This document shows, piece after piece, positions 9,098 to 19,275 of a stretch of DNA of 63,530 nucleotides. How positions within the stretch are numbered: position 1 is the stretch's first letter; each line of letters opens with the position of its first letter. Below the pieces are notes generated by a model. That model saw only the letters and a program-made list of their open reading frames with translations. It ran no database searches and was not told the origin of the DNA. Origin of the DNA: Caldisericota bacterium. GTDB taxonomy: Bacteria; Caldisericota; Caldisericia; Caldisericales; Caldisericaceae. The stretch lies in the NCBI GenBank assembly GCA_003650285.1, contig QMOQ01000001.1, positions 1 through 63,530 of the forward strand. The letters run 5' to 3'. The position numbers were made by a program, and so were the translations under genes.

Positions 9098-9949
9098 ATG
9101 CATAAAAATAGTATCGGTGTAAATCTTCTTATTTTTATGAACAGATTTTTTAATCGCCCTGTTCATCCATTCAATCTGGAAGATGCATCAATAAAAACAT
9201 TTGCAGAGTGGGAATTTGAGCAATCAAAACGCATCAGCTATTACTACCTTCCTGAAATAGATCTTTTAAGAGAAATACAGAACAAGACCATACTGGATAT
9301 CGGGGCAGGCAGTGGAGGAAAAAGCACATTTTATGCATTAAGTGGAGCCAAAAAAGTAATAGGAATAGACACAGAAAAAGGATTTATAAAGCAAGCAAAA
9401 ACATTTGCGATGTCGAAAAACACAAAGAACATTGAATTCCATGTAACAAATGCAGAGAATATGTCTTTTAAGGAAAGTTCAATTGATATTTGTGTAATGA
9501 ACGATGTATTTGAACACCTGCAAAATCCAGAAAAAGTATTGAAAGAAACTTACAGAGTACTAAAAGGTAGAGGTAAAATTTTTATCAATTCACCACCGTA
9601 CTACCATCCATACGGTGCGCACCTTTCAGATCTTATTGGTATCCCTTATGTACATATCCTGTTTCCCGAACCTGTTCTTATAAATACATATAAAAAACTC
9701 GCAGAAAATACAAAATCCTATGGAAAAAGAGTAAGTTTGAGATTCGGCACGGTAAATGGGAAAGAAAAAATCACATATATAAATAGAATGACAGTAAAGC
9801 GATTCGAACACATTATAAAATATGAAAATCCATTTAAACCAATCCATTACAAGATTATGCCGCTGAAAAAAAAAGGCAGATTTTTATTAAAAACACCCCT
9901 AAGAGAGTTTTTTACAAAAATGATTGTTTTTGTGGGCGAAAAAAACTAA
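9098..9949 (+). CDS. Class I SAM-dependent methyltransferase
   Basis: 283 aa. SAM-binding motif I is present (ILDIGAGSGGKS) with a downstream acidic loop (VIGIDT). An AAAGGA SD lies 5 nt before the ATG. Confidence 0.8.
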   Translation: MHKNSIGVNLLIFMNRFFNRPVHPFNLEDASIKTFAEWEFEQSKRISYYYLPEIDLLREIQNKTILDIGAGSGGKSTFYALSGAKKVIGIDTEKGFIKQAKTFAMSKNTKNIEFHVTNAENMSFKESSIDICVMNDVFEHLQNPEKVLKETYRVLKGRGKIFINSPPYYHPYGAHLSDLIGIPYVHILFPEPVLINTYKKLAENTKSYGKRVSLRFGTVNGKEKITYINRMTVKRFEHIIKYENPFKPIHYKIMPLKKKGRFLLKTPLREFFTKMIVFVGEKN

Positions 9950-10021
9950 AATAAAAATTGCATCGCTACTAAAGTACTCTGCTATTTTTACTCTCCTTTT
10001 GAGGAACAACTTCATAAAATA

Positions 10022-11251
10022 TTACTGCTCCACCTTCCCAATCTCTTTAACAATATTTACTATAACTTCAACCGCTTTCTCCATAGCAAATATTGGTATA
10101 TATTCATATACGCCATGAAAATTATGCCCACCCGAAAATAAATTTGGTGTTGGTAATCCCATAAATGAAAATTGAGCTCCATCAGTTCCACCTCGTATCG
10201 GCTTTATAATTGGGCTAATTCCAGCGTCTTTAATTGCTTTTTGTGCAATATCAATTAGTTGAGGATTTTTAGCAATGATCTCTTTCATATTGTAATACGT
10301 ATCTTTTAGTTGTAGCTCCACTGTCCCCTTACCATATTTCTTATTAATAAAATGCGCACATTCTCTTGCAAATTTCTTTCTTTTTTCAAACTTATCTTTA
10401 TCATGGTCCCTTATAATACATCTCTGTACCGTCTTCTCTACTCCTCCATTCATTTCATATATATGATAAAAACCTTCATACTTCTCTGTAAATTCTGGAG
10501 CTTCACCTTTTGGAAAAAGTTCAAGTAATTCAGTTGCAATACGAATTGCGTTCTTCATTATACCCTTAGCGCTGCCAGGGTGAATGCTTTTTCCATGAAT
10601 AATAAAGGTAGCTGATGCAGCATTAAAATTTTCGTATTCAAAGCTACCAATCTCGTCTCCATCCATCGTATACGCATAGTCAGCCCCAAACTTCTTTACA
10701 TTAAAATTTTTTGGACCCTTACCTATCTCTTCATCAGGAGTAAATGCAAACTTTACCGTACCATGTTTTATCTCCGGGTGTTCTACCAAATATTGAACAG
10801 CAGTCACTATCTCAGCAATACCTGCCTTATCATCAGCACCAAGAAGAGTCGTTCCATCAGTAACAATAATGTCTTTCTCATAATAATTTTTCATTGCAGG
10901 AAATTCTTGAACTTTCAAAATAATATCCAATTTTTTATTTAAAACGATATCGCCACCTTTATAGTTTTTCACTATACGTGGCTTCACATTTTTGCCAGAT
11001 ACTTCTGGAGATGTATCCAGATGAGCAATAAAACCGACAATAGGAACTTTCCTTCGAATATTCGAAGGAACACTCCCCATAACATATCCATTTTTATCCA
11101 TCTCAACATCAACATCCATACCTTTCATTTCTTCCGACAGTCTTCTTCCCAATTTAAGTTGTTTTGCCGTACTTGGCGTAGTAGAAGAATCTTCACTTGA
11201 TTGCGTGTCATAAGCAATATAATCAAGAAATCGCTTTGTAACGTCTCGCAT
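10022..11251 (-). CDS. pepT: Peptidase T (tripeptide aminopeptidase, M20B)
   Basis: The PepT N-terminus is present (RFLDYIAYDTQSSE...TPSTAKQ). Metal ligands are present (HLDT, GADDKAG). I prefer ATG 11251, which follows a GAGGAGG SD, over the no-SD ATG at 11266. Confidence 0.9.
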   Translation of the reverse strand: MRDVTKRFLDYIAYDTQSSEDSSTTPSTAKQLKLGRRLSEEMKGMDVDVEMDKNGYVMGSVPSNIRRKVPIVGFIAHLDTSPEVSGKNVKPRIVKNYKGGDIVLNKKLDIILKVQEFPAMKNYYEKDIIVTDGTTLLGADDKAGIAEIVTAVQYLVEHPEIKHGTVKFAFTPDEEIGKGPKNFNVKKFGADYAYTMDGDEIGSFEYENFNAASATFIIHGKSIHPGSAKGIMKNAIRIATELLELFPKGEAPEFTEKYEGFYHIYEMNGGVEKTVQRCIIRDHDKDKFEKRKKFARECAHFINKKYGKGTVELQLKDTYYNMKEIIAKNPQLIDIAQKAIKDAGISPIIKPIRGGTDGAQFSFMGLPTPNLFSGGHNFHGVYEYIPIFAMEKAVEVIVNIVKEIGKVEQ

Positions 11252-11340
11252 GTTGCCTCCTCTCATATTTTATTATATTGTAACATTTTTTCGATACAAT
11301 AAAACCTTGAATAAATAATAAAAATAAATAAAATAACAAC

Positions 11341-12294
11341 ATGAAATCACAAGGAAATAAAGTAGTTAATTTCATCGAAAATAATGTCTCGTTATTTTTA
11401 ATAATAAGCATACCTTTTGGATTGTTTTTTCCTTATTTTGCATTTCTCAAAAATTATATCACTTACTTCCTTATGCTTGTTTTATTCGTTACATTTTTAA
11501 AGATGGATATAATGGAGATTGTACATCATATCAAAAGACCTATGCTGCTCCTCTATATTGAAGGTATGAGTCTGATTGCCGCTCCAATCATTGTTTATTT
11601 CGTTCTTACATTGCTCAAATTCAATTACATCGTAGTAGCAGCTCTTGTACTGCTGGCGGCAGCGCCTGCAGGAGTAGCATCGCCTGCAATGACTGACTTA
11701 ACTTCCGGAGACACATCTTTGAACGTTATTATAATCTTTATAAGCCACTTAATAGCCCCATTTACCATTCCATTCCTTTTCTTTGTCCTTTTTAGAAAAG
11801 ATATAAGACTTGACTATCTTAATGTACTCATCACTATGGCTAAGCTTATTTTAATCCCACTGGCAGCTGCTCTATTCTCAAAACAATTTCTCAAAAAGAA
11901 ACTAAATTTCATAAAAGAAAGAAGTAGCTTGTTAACCATAATTCCAGTATTTCTTATTTCACTAACAGTAATATCTATAAATGCACCGTTTATAAAATCC
12001 AATCCATTCCAAGTAGTAAAATATTTATTAATCGTGTATCCTGAATATTTTTTCTTTATGGTCTTTGGGTTTGTTATGGTCTTCTGGCTAAACCTGAAAG
12101 AAAAAATTGCCGTATCTAACTCAAAAACATTTGCGAATGTATCCATTGTAATGGTTCTTGCATTTGAATTTTTTGACCCGAAAGTCGCTTTAATCATTGC
12201 GCTTGCCCAACTACCATGGCCCACAATGCTTGTCCCTGTGAATATAATGTTAAAGTTGATCAGAAAGAAAGTCCCTGAAAATCAGTACTTGTAA
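11341..12294 (+). CDS. Bile acid:sodium symporter (BASS/SBF-like) family transporter
   Basis: 317 aa, polytopic. A BASS-like motif is present (LLAAAPAGVASPAMTDL). Confidence 0.7.
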   Translation: MKSQGNKVVNFIENNVSLFLIISIPFGLFFPYFAFLKNYITYFLMLVLFVTFLKMDIMEIVHHIKRPMLLLYIEGMSLIAAPIIVYFVLTLLKFNYIVVAALVLLAAAPAGVASPAMTDLTSGDTSLNVIIIFISHLIAPFTIPFLFFVLFRKDIRLDYLNVLITMAKLILIPLAAALFSKQFLKKKLNFIKERSSLLTIIPVFLISLTVISINAPFIKSNPFQVVKYLLIVYPEYFFFMVFGFVMVFWLNLKEKIAVSNSKTFANVSIVMVLAFEFFDPKVALIIALAQLPWPTMLVPVNIMLKLIRKKVPENQYL

Positions 12295-12304
12295 TTACCT
12301 ATTC

Positions 12305-13540
12305 TTATATCTTTTTCTCAAGCTCTATTAATTTCTCAGCAGCGAAAAGTGAAGCAAGCTTTGAATGCTCATAATAAATGCCACCTTGCAAATAAACTGC
12401 ATACGGCTCCCTCATCGGGGCATCAGCTGATAATTCAATCGAAGAACCTTGTATAAATGTACCTGCTGCCATTAAAATATCATTTTCATAACCTGCAAGT
12501 GGCGATGGTAGCACTTCAGCATCCCAATCTATTGGTGACATAGTCTGGACAGCTTGTGTAAACATAACAAGCTTTTCGGGAGACCCTAAGAGAATTGCCT
12601 GAACAATATCACCCCGCTCTTCATTAAAAAGGGGTTTTACATTATATCCCAACTCTTTAAAAAACTTTGCGGCAAAAATTGCTCCTTTTAATGCATTGGA
12701 CACAACAAGTGGAGCAAAAAAAACACCTTGAAGAAAAAGACGAGTAAGAGAAAGCATTGGTCCGATTTCCCTTCCTGTTCCCGGAGCAGTAAGCATTGCT
12801 TCAATCTTTTTGATATATTTTTCTTTTCCAACAATGTAACCGCCTGTTGGAGTAATTGCTCCACCCATATTTTTTATAAGAGACCCCACCACGATATCGG
12901 CACCTACTTTCGTTGGTTCCTTCTCGTCAACAAATTCCCCGTAGCAATTGTCTACCATAATACAAATATTCGGGTTAATTGCTTTTGCCTTTTTTATCAT
13001 CCTGCTAATCTCCCCGATTGTGAGAGATTTTTTGTATGAATATCCGCCCGAGCGTTGAATAACTCCTACGGCTGCTCTTTTTATTTTTTCTTCCCCAATA
13101 TTTTTAGCCATATCTGTTTTATCAAACTTTATTCCATATTCTTTCAGAGAACCTGTCACTTTCCTTAATCCTATTATAGCTTCGCCTGTTTCATATGGAT
13201 CCCCACTGAGATAAAGAAGCGTATCAGCAGGACGAAGCAGACCAAAAAATGAAATGGAAATTGCATGTGTGCCGGAAACAATTTGTGGCCTGACAAGTGC
13301 CGCTTCTGTTTTGAAGATCCTTTTGTAGACTTCTTCTACTTTATCTCTACCAGGGTCGGAAAGTCCATATCCTGTTGTATCCCTGAAATGAAAAACAGAA
13401 ATATGAGATTCCCTGAACGCATCTAATACTTTATAAAAATTACTACTCTTTATCCTGTCTACTTTTTTGAACTCCTCCGAAAGCTCACCTTCGCATCGCT
13501 CAGCAAGATTCATAAGTTCTTTCCTAATTTGAATGTTCAT
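12305..13540 (-). CDS. ynbB: Methionine gamma-lyase-family PLP protein (YnbB / aluminium-resistance-protein family)
   Basis: 411 aa with a YnbB-like N-terminus. It lies downstream of miaA, as in many Firmicutes-like genomes. Confidence 0.8.
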   Translation of the reverse strand: MNIQIRKELMNLAERCEGELSEEFKKVDRIKSSNFYKVLDAFRESHISVFHFRDTTGYGLSDPGRDKVEEVYKRIFKTEAALVRPQIVSGTHAISISFFGLLRPADTLLYLSGDPYETGEAIIGLRKVTGSLKEYGIKFDKTDMAKNIGEEKIKRAAVGVIQRSGGYSYKKSLTIGEISRMIKKAKAINPNICIMVDNCYGEFVDEKEPTKVGADIVVGSLIKNMGGAITPTGGYIVGKEKYIKKIEAMLTAPGTGREIGPMLSLTRLFLQGVFFAPLVVSNALKGAIFAAKFFKELGYNVKPLFNEERGDIVQAILLGSPEKLVMFTQAVQTMSPIDWDAEVLPSPLAGYENDILMAAGTFIQGSSIELSADAPMREPYAVYLQGGIYYEHSKLASLFAAEKLIELEKKI

Positions 13541-14435
13541 ATAAAAATTCCTTTACAAGTTTTTCTGCCTGTTCTTTTGCGTCATTGAAATCTGCTGTAT
13601 CAATCCAGTACACATTATTCTCTTTTTTAAACCAGGTAATTTGTTTTTTGGCAAGATGTCTTGTCCTTTTTTTAATTTCTTCTTTAGCTTCTTTAAGAGA
13701 AATGATTCCGTTAAGGTATTGCAAAACTTCCCCGTATCCAATTGCTTGCAAAGCTGTTTTTGACCAATTGGAATAAATATCCCTTAACCTTTTTACTTCT
13801 TCTACAAAACCTCTATCAAACATCTCGTCTACGCGCTTTTCAATATCCCGATAGAGAAGCTCCCTCTCTTTTGTTAACCCTATTTTTAAAAACTCATAAC
13901 GAACTTCCTGATTCTCAACAGAAGAAATTTTATACCCGGTTTGCCTGAAAAATTCAACAATCCTTATAAGACGCTTTCTATCGCTAACCTTGTCTGAAGC
14001 GTTTTTATCAATACTTTCTGCCGTTTTTCTTAAAGCAGCAAAAGGCAACATATTGAGCTCTTCCCGCAATACCGCATCAGGAGGCGCTGAAAATTCAACA
14101 GGGAATCCTTCTGTAATACTTTTTATATAGAGGCCTGACCCACCAACTATCAGTGGCACTTTTTTCCGCTTAAAAATGTCTCTAATCACCTTTTCGACCT
14201 GTTTTTTAAACTCTGAAACATTAAATTCTTCCTGCACAGTTACAACATCAATTAAATGGTGTGGCACTTTGTTTCGGATATCCTTCTCCACTTTATCCGT
14301 TCCTATCTCCATTCCTATATAAAACTGCATAGAATCTGCAGATATAATCTCAACGGGAAATTTCTCCGCAATACATAAACTGAGTTGCGTCTTATGTGTT
14401 GCAGTAGGTCCTAAAATAATAATAATTTTTTTCAT
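13524..14435 (-). CDS. miaA: tRNA dimethylallyltransferase
   Basis: A P-loop is present (ILGPTATHKT). IPPT family motifs are present (ISADSMQFY, HHLID). Confidence 0.9.
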   Translation of the reverse strand: MKKIIIILGPTATHKTQLSLCIAEKFPVEIISADSMQFYIGMEIGTDKVEKDIRNKVPHHLIDVVTVQEEFNVSEFKKQVEKVIRDIFKRKKVPLIVGGSGLYIKSITEGFPVEFSAPPDAVLREELNMLPFAALRKTAESIDKNASDKVSDRKRLIRIVEFFRQTGYKISSVENQEVRYEFLKIGLTKERELLYRDIEKRVDEMFDRGFVEEVKRLRDIYSNWSKTALQAIGYGEVLQYLNGIISLKEAKEEIKKRTRHLAKKQITWFKKENNVYWIDTADFNDAKEQAEKLVKEFLYEHSN

Positions 14436-15691
14436 TTGCCTCGCAGGTGAATAAAATCAGCATCAACAATCTCCGTCTCAATGATATCACCAACACGTGC
14501 TGCACGCCCTTCTACAATAACCAATTTATCCTGCGGTATCCTGCCAAAAGCCTGTGTGCCAACAATTGATTCGATTAAAACCTCAACAGTTTTTCCTATA
14601 AAGAAGCGGTTTTTCTTTAAAGAAATAGCATTCTGTAAAGAAAGAAGGTCGTTCAGTCTTTTCTTTTTTTCCTTCTCATCAATCTGCTCTTCCATCACTG
14701 CTGCCGGAGTATTTGGCCTCTTTGAATAAGCAGCAACAAAACTTCTATCAAATTGCACATACTCAACAAGCGATTTAGTTTCATTATAATCTTTTTCGCT
14801 TTCCCCGGGAAACCCAACAATAATATCAGTAGTAATGCTTGCATGAGGAAAAAGCATACCCACACTATCTATAAGCTCGATATATTGTTCTCTCGTATAA
14901 CCTCTCTTCATAGATTTTAATATTTTATTGCTCCCTGACTGCACAGGCAAATGAAAATGCGAGCATAACTTTTTTAACTTTCTCATCCGTTCTAAAATAG
15001 AAAGAGTAAAATTTGCAGGGTAAGAAGTAAGATATCTTAACCTCTTAAGGCCAGGAGTTTTATCAACATCTTCAAGCATTTCAATAAAACCATTTTTATA
15101 TCCCAGATCGCGCCCATAATGATTAATATTTTGCCCCAGCAAAACAATCTCCTGCGTACCGTTTCTAACAAGCGTATTTACCTCTTCCAATATTTCTTCT
15201 TTTGCCCTACTCCGTTCCCTCCCCTTAGCAATAGGAACAATACAATAACTACAAAAATCATTGCACCCATAAATAATAGGCACATATGCAAACACTTTTC
15301 TTGCAAGGAGAATTTTTTTCTCACTCGTTACAGAAAGCAGTTTTCTTAACTTTTTAATGCGGTCATCAAGAGACTCGTATCCTTTGAATAGAGCAATAAT
15401 GCTTTTTTCACCGACTCTCTTTATTGCTTGTTCTTTTACGCTGGCAACGCATCCTGTTACAACAGATACCGGGTGGCCTTGTTTTTCAAAAAGTTTTCTT
15501 ATGCGTCCTACTTTGCTAAGAAGCTTTAAATTCGCCTTTTCCCGAACAGCACAGCTATTCAATAGAATTAAATCCGCATCTTCATCCTTTTCCACCTCGT
15601 TATACCCAAAAGACAAGAGTGCCTCTCTAAATTTTTCGGACTCATATTCATTAATCTGGCAGCCATATGTGACAATCTTAAAATTTTTCAT
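14432..15691 (-). CDS. miaB: tRNA-2-methylthio-N6-dimethylallyladenosine synthase (radical SAM methylthiotransferase)
   Basis: The UPF0004 domain (TYGCQINEYES) and a radical-SAM CxxxCxxC motif (CNDFCSYC) are present, with a TRAM-like C-terminus. The track start at 15715 is TTG. The first ATG is 15691 (MKNFKIVTYGCQ). Confidence 0.85.
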   Translation of the reverse strand: MKNFKIVTYGCQINEYESEKFREALLSFGYNEVEKDEDADLILLNSCAVREKANLKLLSKVGRIRKLFEKQGHPVSVVTGCVASVKEQAIKRVGEKSIIALFKGYESLDDRIKKLRKLLSVTSEKKILLARKVFAYVPIIYGCNDFCSYCIVPIAKGRERSRAKEEILEEVNTLVRNGTQEIVLLGQNINHYGRDLGYKNGFIEMLEDVDKTPGLKRLRYLTSYPANFTLSILERMRKLKKLCSHFHLPVQSGSNKILKSMKRGYTREQYIELIDSVGMLFPHASITTDIIVGFPGESEKDYNETKSLVEYVQFDRSFVAAYSKRPNTPAAVMEEQIDEKEKKKRLNDLLSLQNAISLKKNRFFIGKTVEVLIESIVGTQAFGRIPQDKLVIVEGRAARVGDIIETEIVDADFIHLRGK

Positions 15692-16775
15692 AAAGCTTTT
15701 TACACTCCTTCTCAAGGATTTGTCTTTTCAAAGCTCCCAGCTCTTTTCCTTCCACATTAAATTTTTCTCTTAGCTTACTGCCATCAATTTTTACTTTACT
15801 GCATTCAGCGAAAAATTTGCTCGCCTTTATCGCTTCCTTTTCTTCTAACGAAAAAAGAGCCGCTGCTAAAGGAACGCAAATATTTCTATATCGAATAAAA
15901 AGAGAAAACAATGAATCAAAGTTGTCCTCTACTTTTTCTCCAGCAATTTTATTCGCTATTTCGACTTCCTTCCGGTTTAAACCTAAAATATCCAATACAG
16001 GATAATCTAAAAGAACATGTGAAAATAGTGCCACAATAAAAGCATCTCTGTATGTAAAATCCATGTTAATCTCTTTGTCTAATTTATTAAATTGCCCGGA
16101 TAAATCAGTTCTTTTAAGAATAAATAAGAAATCTTTTCCGGGAAAAAATATTTCAAGTACTTTTAATACAGATTGAACATCTAAATCAAGAATCTTTTTT
16201 AGTTCCTCTCTTCGCCTCTCTCTTTTGGTCGATTTAAGAAAAAAAAATGCACTTTTAATCTGTTCCTTTGTATCTTCGTCGATGGAAAGATCAAATGCTG
16301 CTGCAAGCCGGATTCCCCGAAGAACCCGTACCGGATCTTGACTAATAGAATTCGGAGAAACAGCTCTCAACACACGATTTTCAAGGTCTTTTAGCGAAAT
16401 AGTTCTGTAAAAAAACTTTTTTTCTGAAAGGGAATAACAGACAGCATTAATTGTATAATCCCTCAGCATAAGGTTGTTGTCAACACTATTTGTAATTTTC
16501 ATAAAATCAAATGTATAATTACTTTGAATAGTTCTCAGAAGCAAAAAATTCTTTGCATTCAAAAAAAAGTATTTCAGATTACTCTTTTCAAAAAAATCCA
16601 AAACTTTTTCAAAGTCGTTTTCCCTTACTATGAAATCAAAATCTTTAAGATTTTTGCCGTAAAAAGCATCCCTTATAGCGCCTCCGACAATATAGATGTC
16701 AATTCTCTTTGCCTTCAGTGCCTCAACAAATGTATTTGAAAGTGCATCAGTTATAATGGTTTTTACTCTCTCCAT
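15678..16775 (-). CDS. CCA-adding enzyme / poly(A) polymerase-family tRNA nucleotidyltransferase (no HD domain)
   Basis: The head-domain motif is present (IYIVGGAIRDAF...DFDF). The RDYTINA motif is present. Confidence 0.75.
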   Translation of the reverse strand: MERVKTIITDALSNTFVEALKAKRIDIYIVGGAIRDAFYGKNLKDFDFIVRENDFEKVLDFFEKSNLKYFFLNAKNFLLLRTIQSNYTFDFMKITNSVDNNLMLRDYTINAVCYSLSEKKFFYRTISLKDLENRVLRAVSPNSISQDPVRVLRGIRLAAAFDLSIDEDTKEQIKSAFFFLKSTKRERRREELKKILDLDVQSVLKVLEIFFPGKDFLFILKRTDLSGQFNKLDKEINMDFTYRDAFIVALFSHVLLDYPVLDILGLNRKEVEIANKIAGEKVEDNFDSLFSLFIRYRNICVPLAAALFSLEEKEAIKASKFFAECSKVKIDGSKLREKFNVEGKELGALKRQILEKECKKLYEKF

Positions 16776-17536
16776 CTTCCTCTCGATATGCTTTTTGCCT
16801 TGCCATTATTTGCAATATCAATAACTACAAAATCTAAAATCACACTACCTTCTGCAACTTCAAATGTTAACGGAAGAAGCGTTAAAAATCTTTTGATTGC
16901 TAACTCCTTTTTTACTCCTATAACAGATTCTTCTACGCCAGCCATTCCAACATCTGTAATATAAGCTGTGCCACGGGGAAGAATTGTTTCATCTGCAGTA
17001 GGCACATGTGTATGCGTACCAACAACTACGCTTACAAATCCATCCATGAAAAAGCCAAACGCTCTCTTTTCGCTGGTTGCCTCTGCATGAAAATCAATCA
17101 TTATACAAGAAGTCTCTTTTTGCATCGCTTCAACTAACTGTTTTCCTACAACAAAAGGCGAATCAAGTGGAGGTAGCTCTATCCTTCCCTGTAAATTCAC
17201 TACTCCCAATTTCATATCATCTTTTTCAACGATAACATGACCTTTACCTCTTACACCGGATGGAAAATTTGCAGGACGCAAAAGAAAAGGAAAATCATCA
17301 AACTGATCCCAAAATTGTTTCTTATCGAAACTATGGTTTCCTCCAGTAATGACATCTACACCAAAAGAAAAAAGTTCCCGCGCACTTTTTTCTGTGATTC
17401 CTGTCCCGTGCGCTGCATTTTCTCCATTTAAGATAATAAAATCAGGATGGTATCTTTCTTTTAATTCAGGTAGTGCCTTTTTAACGGCTTTTCTTCCAGG
17501 CTTCCCAAACACATCTCCAATAAAAAGTATTTTCAT
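16763..17536 (-). CDS. ymdB: YmdB-family metallophosphoesterase (2',3'-cyclic-nucleotide 2'-phosphodiesterase)
   Basis: The N-terminus MKILFIGDVFGKPGR...NGENAAHGTGIT is diagnostic of the TIGR00282/YmdB family. Confidence 0.85.
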   Translation of the reverse strand: MKILFIGDVFGKPGRKAVKKALPELKERYHPDFIILNGENAAHGTGITEKSARELFSFGVDVITGGNHSFDKKQFWDQFDDFPFLLRPANFPSGVRGKGHVIVEKDDMKLGVVNLQGRIELPPLDSPFVVGKQLVEAMQKETSCIMIDFHAEATSEKRAFGFFMDGFVSVVVGTHTHVPTADETILPRGTAYITDVGMAGVEESVIGVKKELAIKRFLTLLPLTFEVAEGSVILDFVVIDIANNGKAKSISRGRWRE

Positions 17537-17550
17537 TTATCTCTCCCATC

Positions 17551-17584
17551 ACAAACAAAAGGAGCCGGTAAAAATAGTACCGGC
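17551..17584 (-). terminator. Rho-independent terminator after the L25/Ctc gene
   Basis: Minus strand: GCCGGTA-CTATTTT-TACCGGC followed by TCCTTTTGTTTG. Confidence 0.6.
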
Positions 17585-17610
17585 CGCTTTATATCTTAAA
17601 AGCTAACTTA

Positions 17611-18267
17611 TTATTCCTTTTTCGCTTCTTCTTTCTGTTCTTTTTCGCCAGCTTCTTCACCAGCTTCTTCACCAGTTTCTTCACCAGCTTCAACTTCCAC
17701 CGGCACCTCTTCTTCCTTTGTGGGATGTCCAATTCCTACCACAACTGTGTCTAATGAGGTAAGAACTTTCACTTTATCAGAAAGAACAAGGTCGCTTACA
17801 TGCACAACATCATTTATATCAAGTTCCGTTACATCAACTTCAATTTTGTCAGGAATGTCAAGAGGAGCAGCTTCTACCTTGATGTCATACAGCGTATGTT
17901 CAAGCACACCACCAACTTTTACTCCTTTCGATTCACCTACAACCACGATCGGTATCTTCGTAAACACAGATTTATTCAGATCTACCTCTAGAAAATCCAC
18001 ATGCACAATCTTATCACCAAAAGGGTCTTTTTGTATATCTTTAAGGATTGTAAAGTAAGTAGTGCCATTAATGTCAAGATTAACAATAACACTTGTCCCT
18101 TTATGTTTTATAATGTTAATAAATTCTTTTTCATTAATTGCAACAGGAATAGGTTTTGCAGTCTTTCCGTAAACTATGCCAGGAATAAACCCTTCACTAC
18201 GAAGCTTCTTTAACATTCCTTTAGTAGAAACATCTCTTTTCATCGCCTTAAATGCTATCTTTTCCAT
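17611..18267 (-). CDS. rplY: 50S ribosomal protein L25 / general stress protein Ctc, with an acidic repeat tail
   Basis: 218 aa with the L25/Ctc fold motif (LRSEGFIPGIVYG). It sits in the conserved glmU-prs-ctc order. Confidence 0.9.
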   Translation of the reverse strand: MEKIAFKAMKRDVSTKGMLKKLRSEGFIPGIVYGKTAKPIPVAINEKEFINIIKHKGTSVIVNLDINGTTYFTILKDIQKDPFGDKIVHVDFLEVDLNKSVFTKIPIVVVGESKGVKVGGVLEHTLYDIKVEAAPLDIPDKIEVDVTELDINDVVHVSDLVLSDKVKVLTSLDTVVVGIGHPTKEEEVPVEVEAGEETGEEAGEEAGEKEQKEEAKKE

Positions 18268-18315
18268 CTAGATACATCTCCTTTATAGTTTTTGAAGCTT
18301 AATTATAACATTCTT

Positions 18316-19275
18316 TCAATCTTTTTCAAACAATGCACTTATAGATTCATGTAAAAATACTCTTTTGATCGCCTCTCCTATCAATGGAGCTACACTAAGA
18401 ACTTTAACTTTATCAGGTAAATGATTACGTTCTTCCACAGGAATCGTATCCGTTACGATTATTTCCTTTATGGGCGATTCCTCAAATTTACTCAAACTAT
18501 CTTTCGCAAATATTCCGTGTGTCACACATACATAAGCCTCTTTTGCCCCCCTTTTCAAAACTTCTTCTGTTGCGTTAATGATAGTATTGCCCGTATGAAT
18601 CGCATCGTCAACAAAAATAACGCTTTTCCCCTTAACTTCACCAATAAGCCTGCTCGTTTCTACTTCTTCTGGTCCAAGTCTTCTCTTGACAAATATTGCC
18701 TGGGTTGAGTGAGACATCTCTCTGGCAAATTCAGTCGCTCGCGCTACACCTCCCACGTCAGGAGAAACAACAACAGGATTCTCAATATTTTTTTCCCGCA
18801 TATAATCAGCAAGTGTCAACACAGCCGTAAGATTATCCATCGGTATATCAAAAAACCCTTGTATCTGGCCTGCATGCAAATCTACAGACATTACCCTGTC
18901 TGCTCCCGCCATCGTAATGAGGTTTGCAACAAGCTTTGCTGAAATAGGCTCCCTCGATTTTGTCTTTCTATCCTGTCGTGCATATCCAAAAAATGGAATA
19001 ACAGCACCTACAGTGTCAGCCGATGCTCTTTTCAAAGCATCAATCATAATAAGTAACTCCATTAAATTATCCGCCGGGGAAAAAGTCGGCTGAATGATAA
19101 ATACATCTCGCCCTCGTACATTTTCAAGGCATCTTACATGAATTTCTCCATCGGGAAAATAATTAATAATCGCCTTCCCTAGTGATAAATCAAGATATTT
19201 TGCAATTTTCTCAGAAAGCTGTCTATTTGCCGTACCAGAAAAAATTTTTATTCCTTTTCCTTTCAAATCAACCAT
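18316..19275 (-). CDS. prs: Ribose-phosphate pyrophosphokinase
   Basis: The PRPP synthetase motifs are present (GYARQDRK, VSPDVGG, DDAIHTGNT). Confidence 0.95.
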   Translation of the reverse strand: MVDLKGKGIKIFSGTANRQLSEKIAKYLDLSLGKAIINYFPDGEIHVRCLENVRGRDVFIIQPTFSPADNLMELLIMIDALKRASADTVGAVIPFFGYARQDRKTKSREPISAKLVANLITMAGADRVMSVDLHAGQIQGFFDIPMDNLTAVLTLADYMREKNIENPVVVSPDVGGVARATEFAREMSHSTQAIFVKRRLGPEEVETSRLIGEVKGKSVIFVDDAIHTGNTIINATEEVLKRGAKEAYVCVTHGIFAKDSLSKFEESPIKEIIVTDTIPVEERNHLPDKVKVLSVAPLIGEAIKRVFLHESISALFEKD

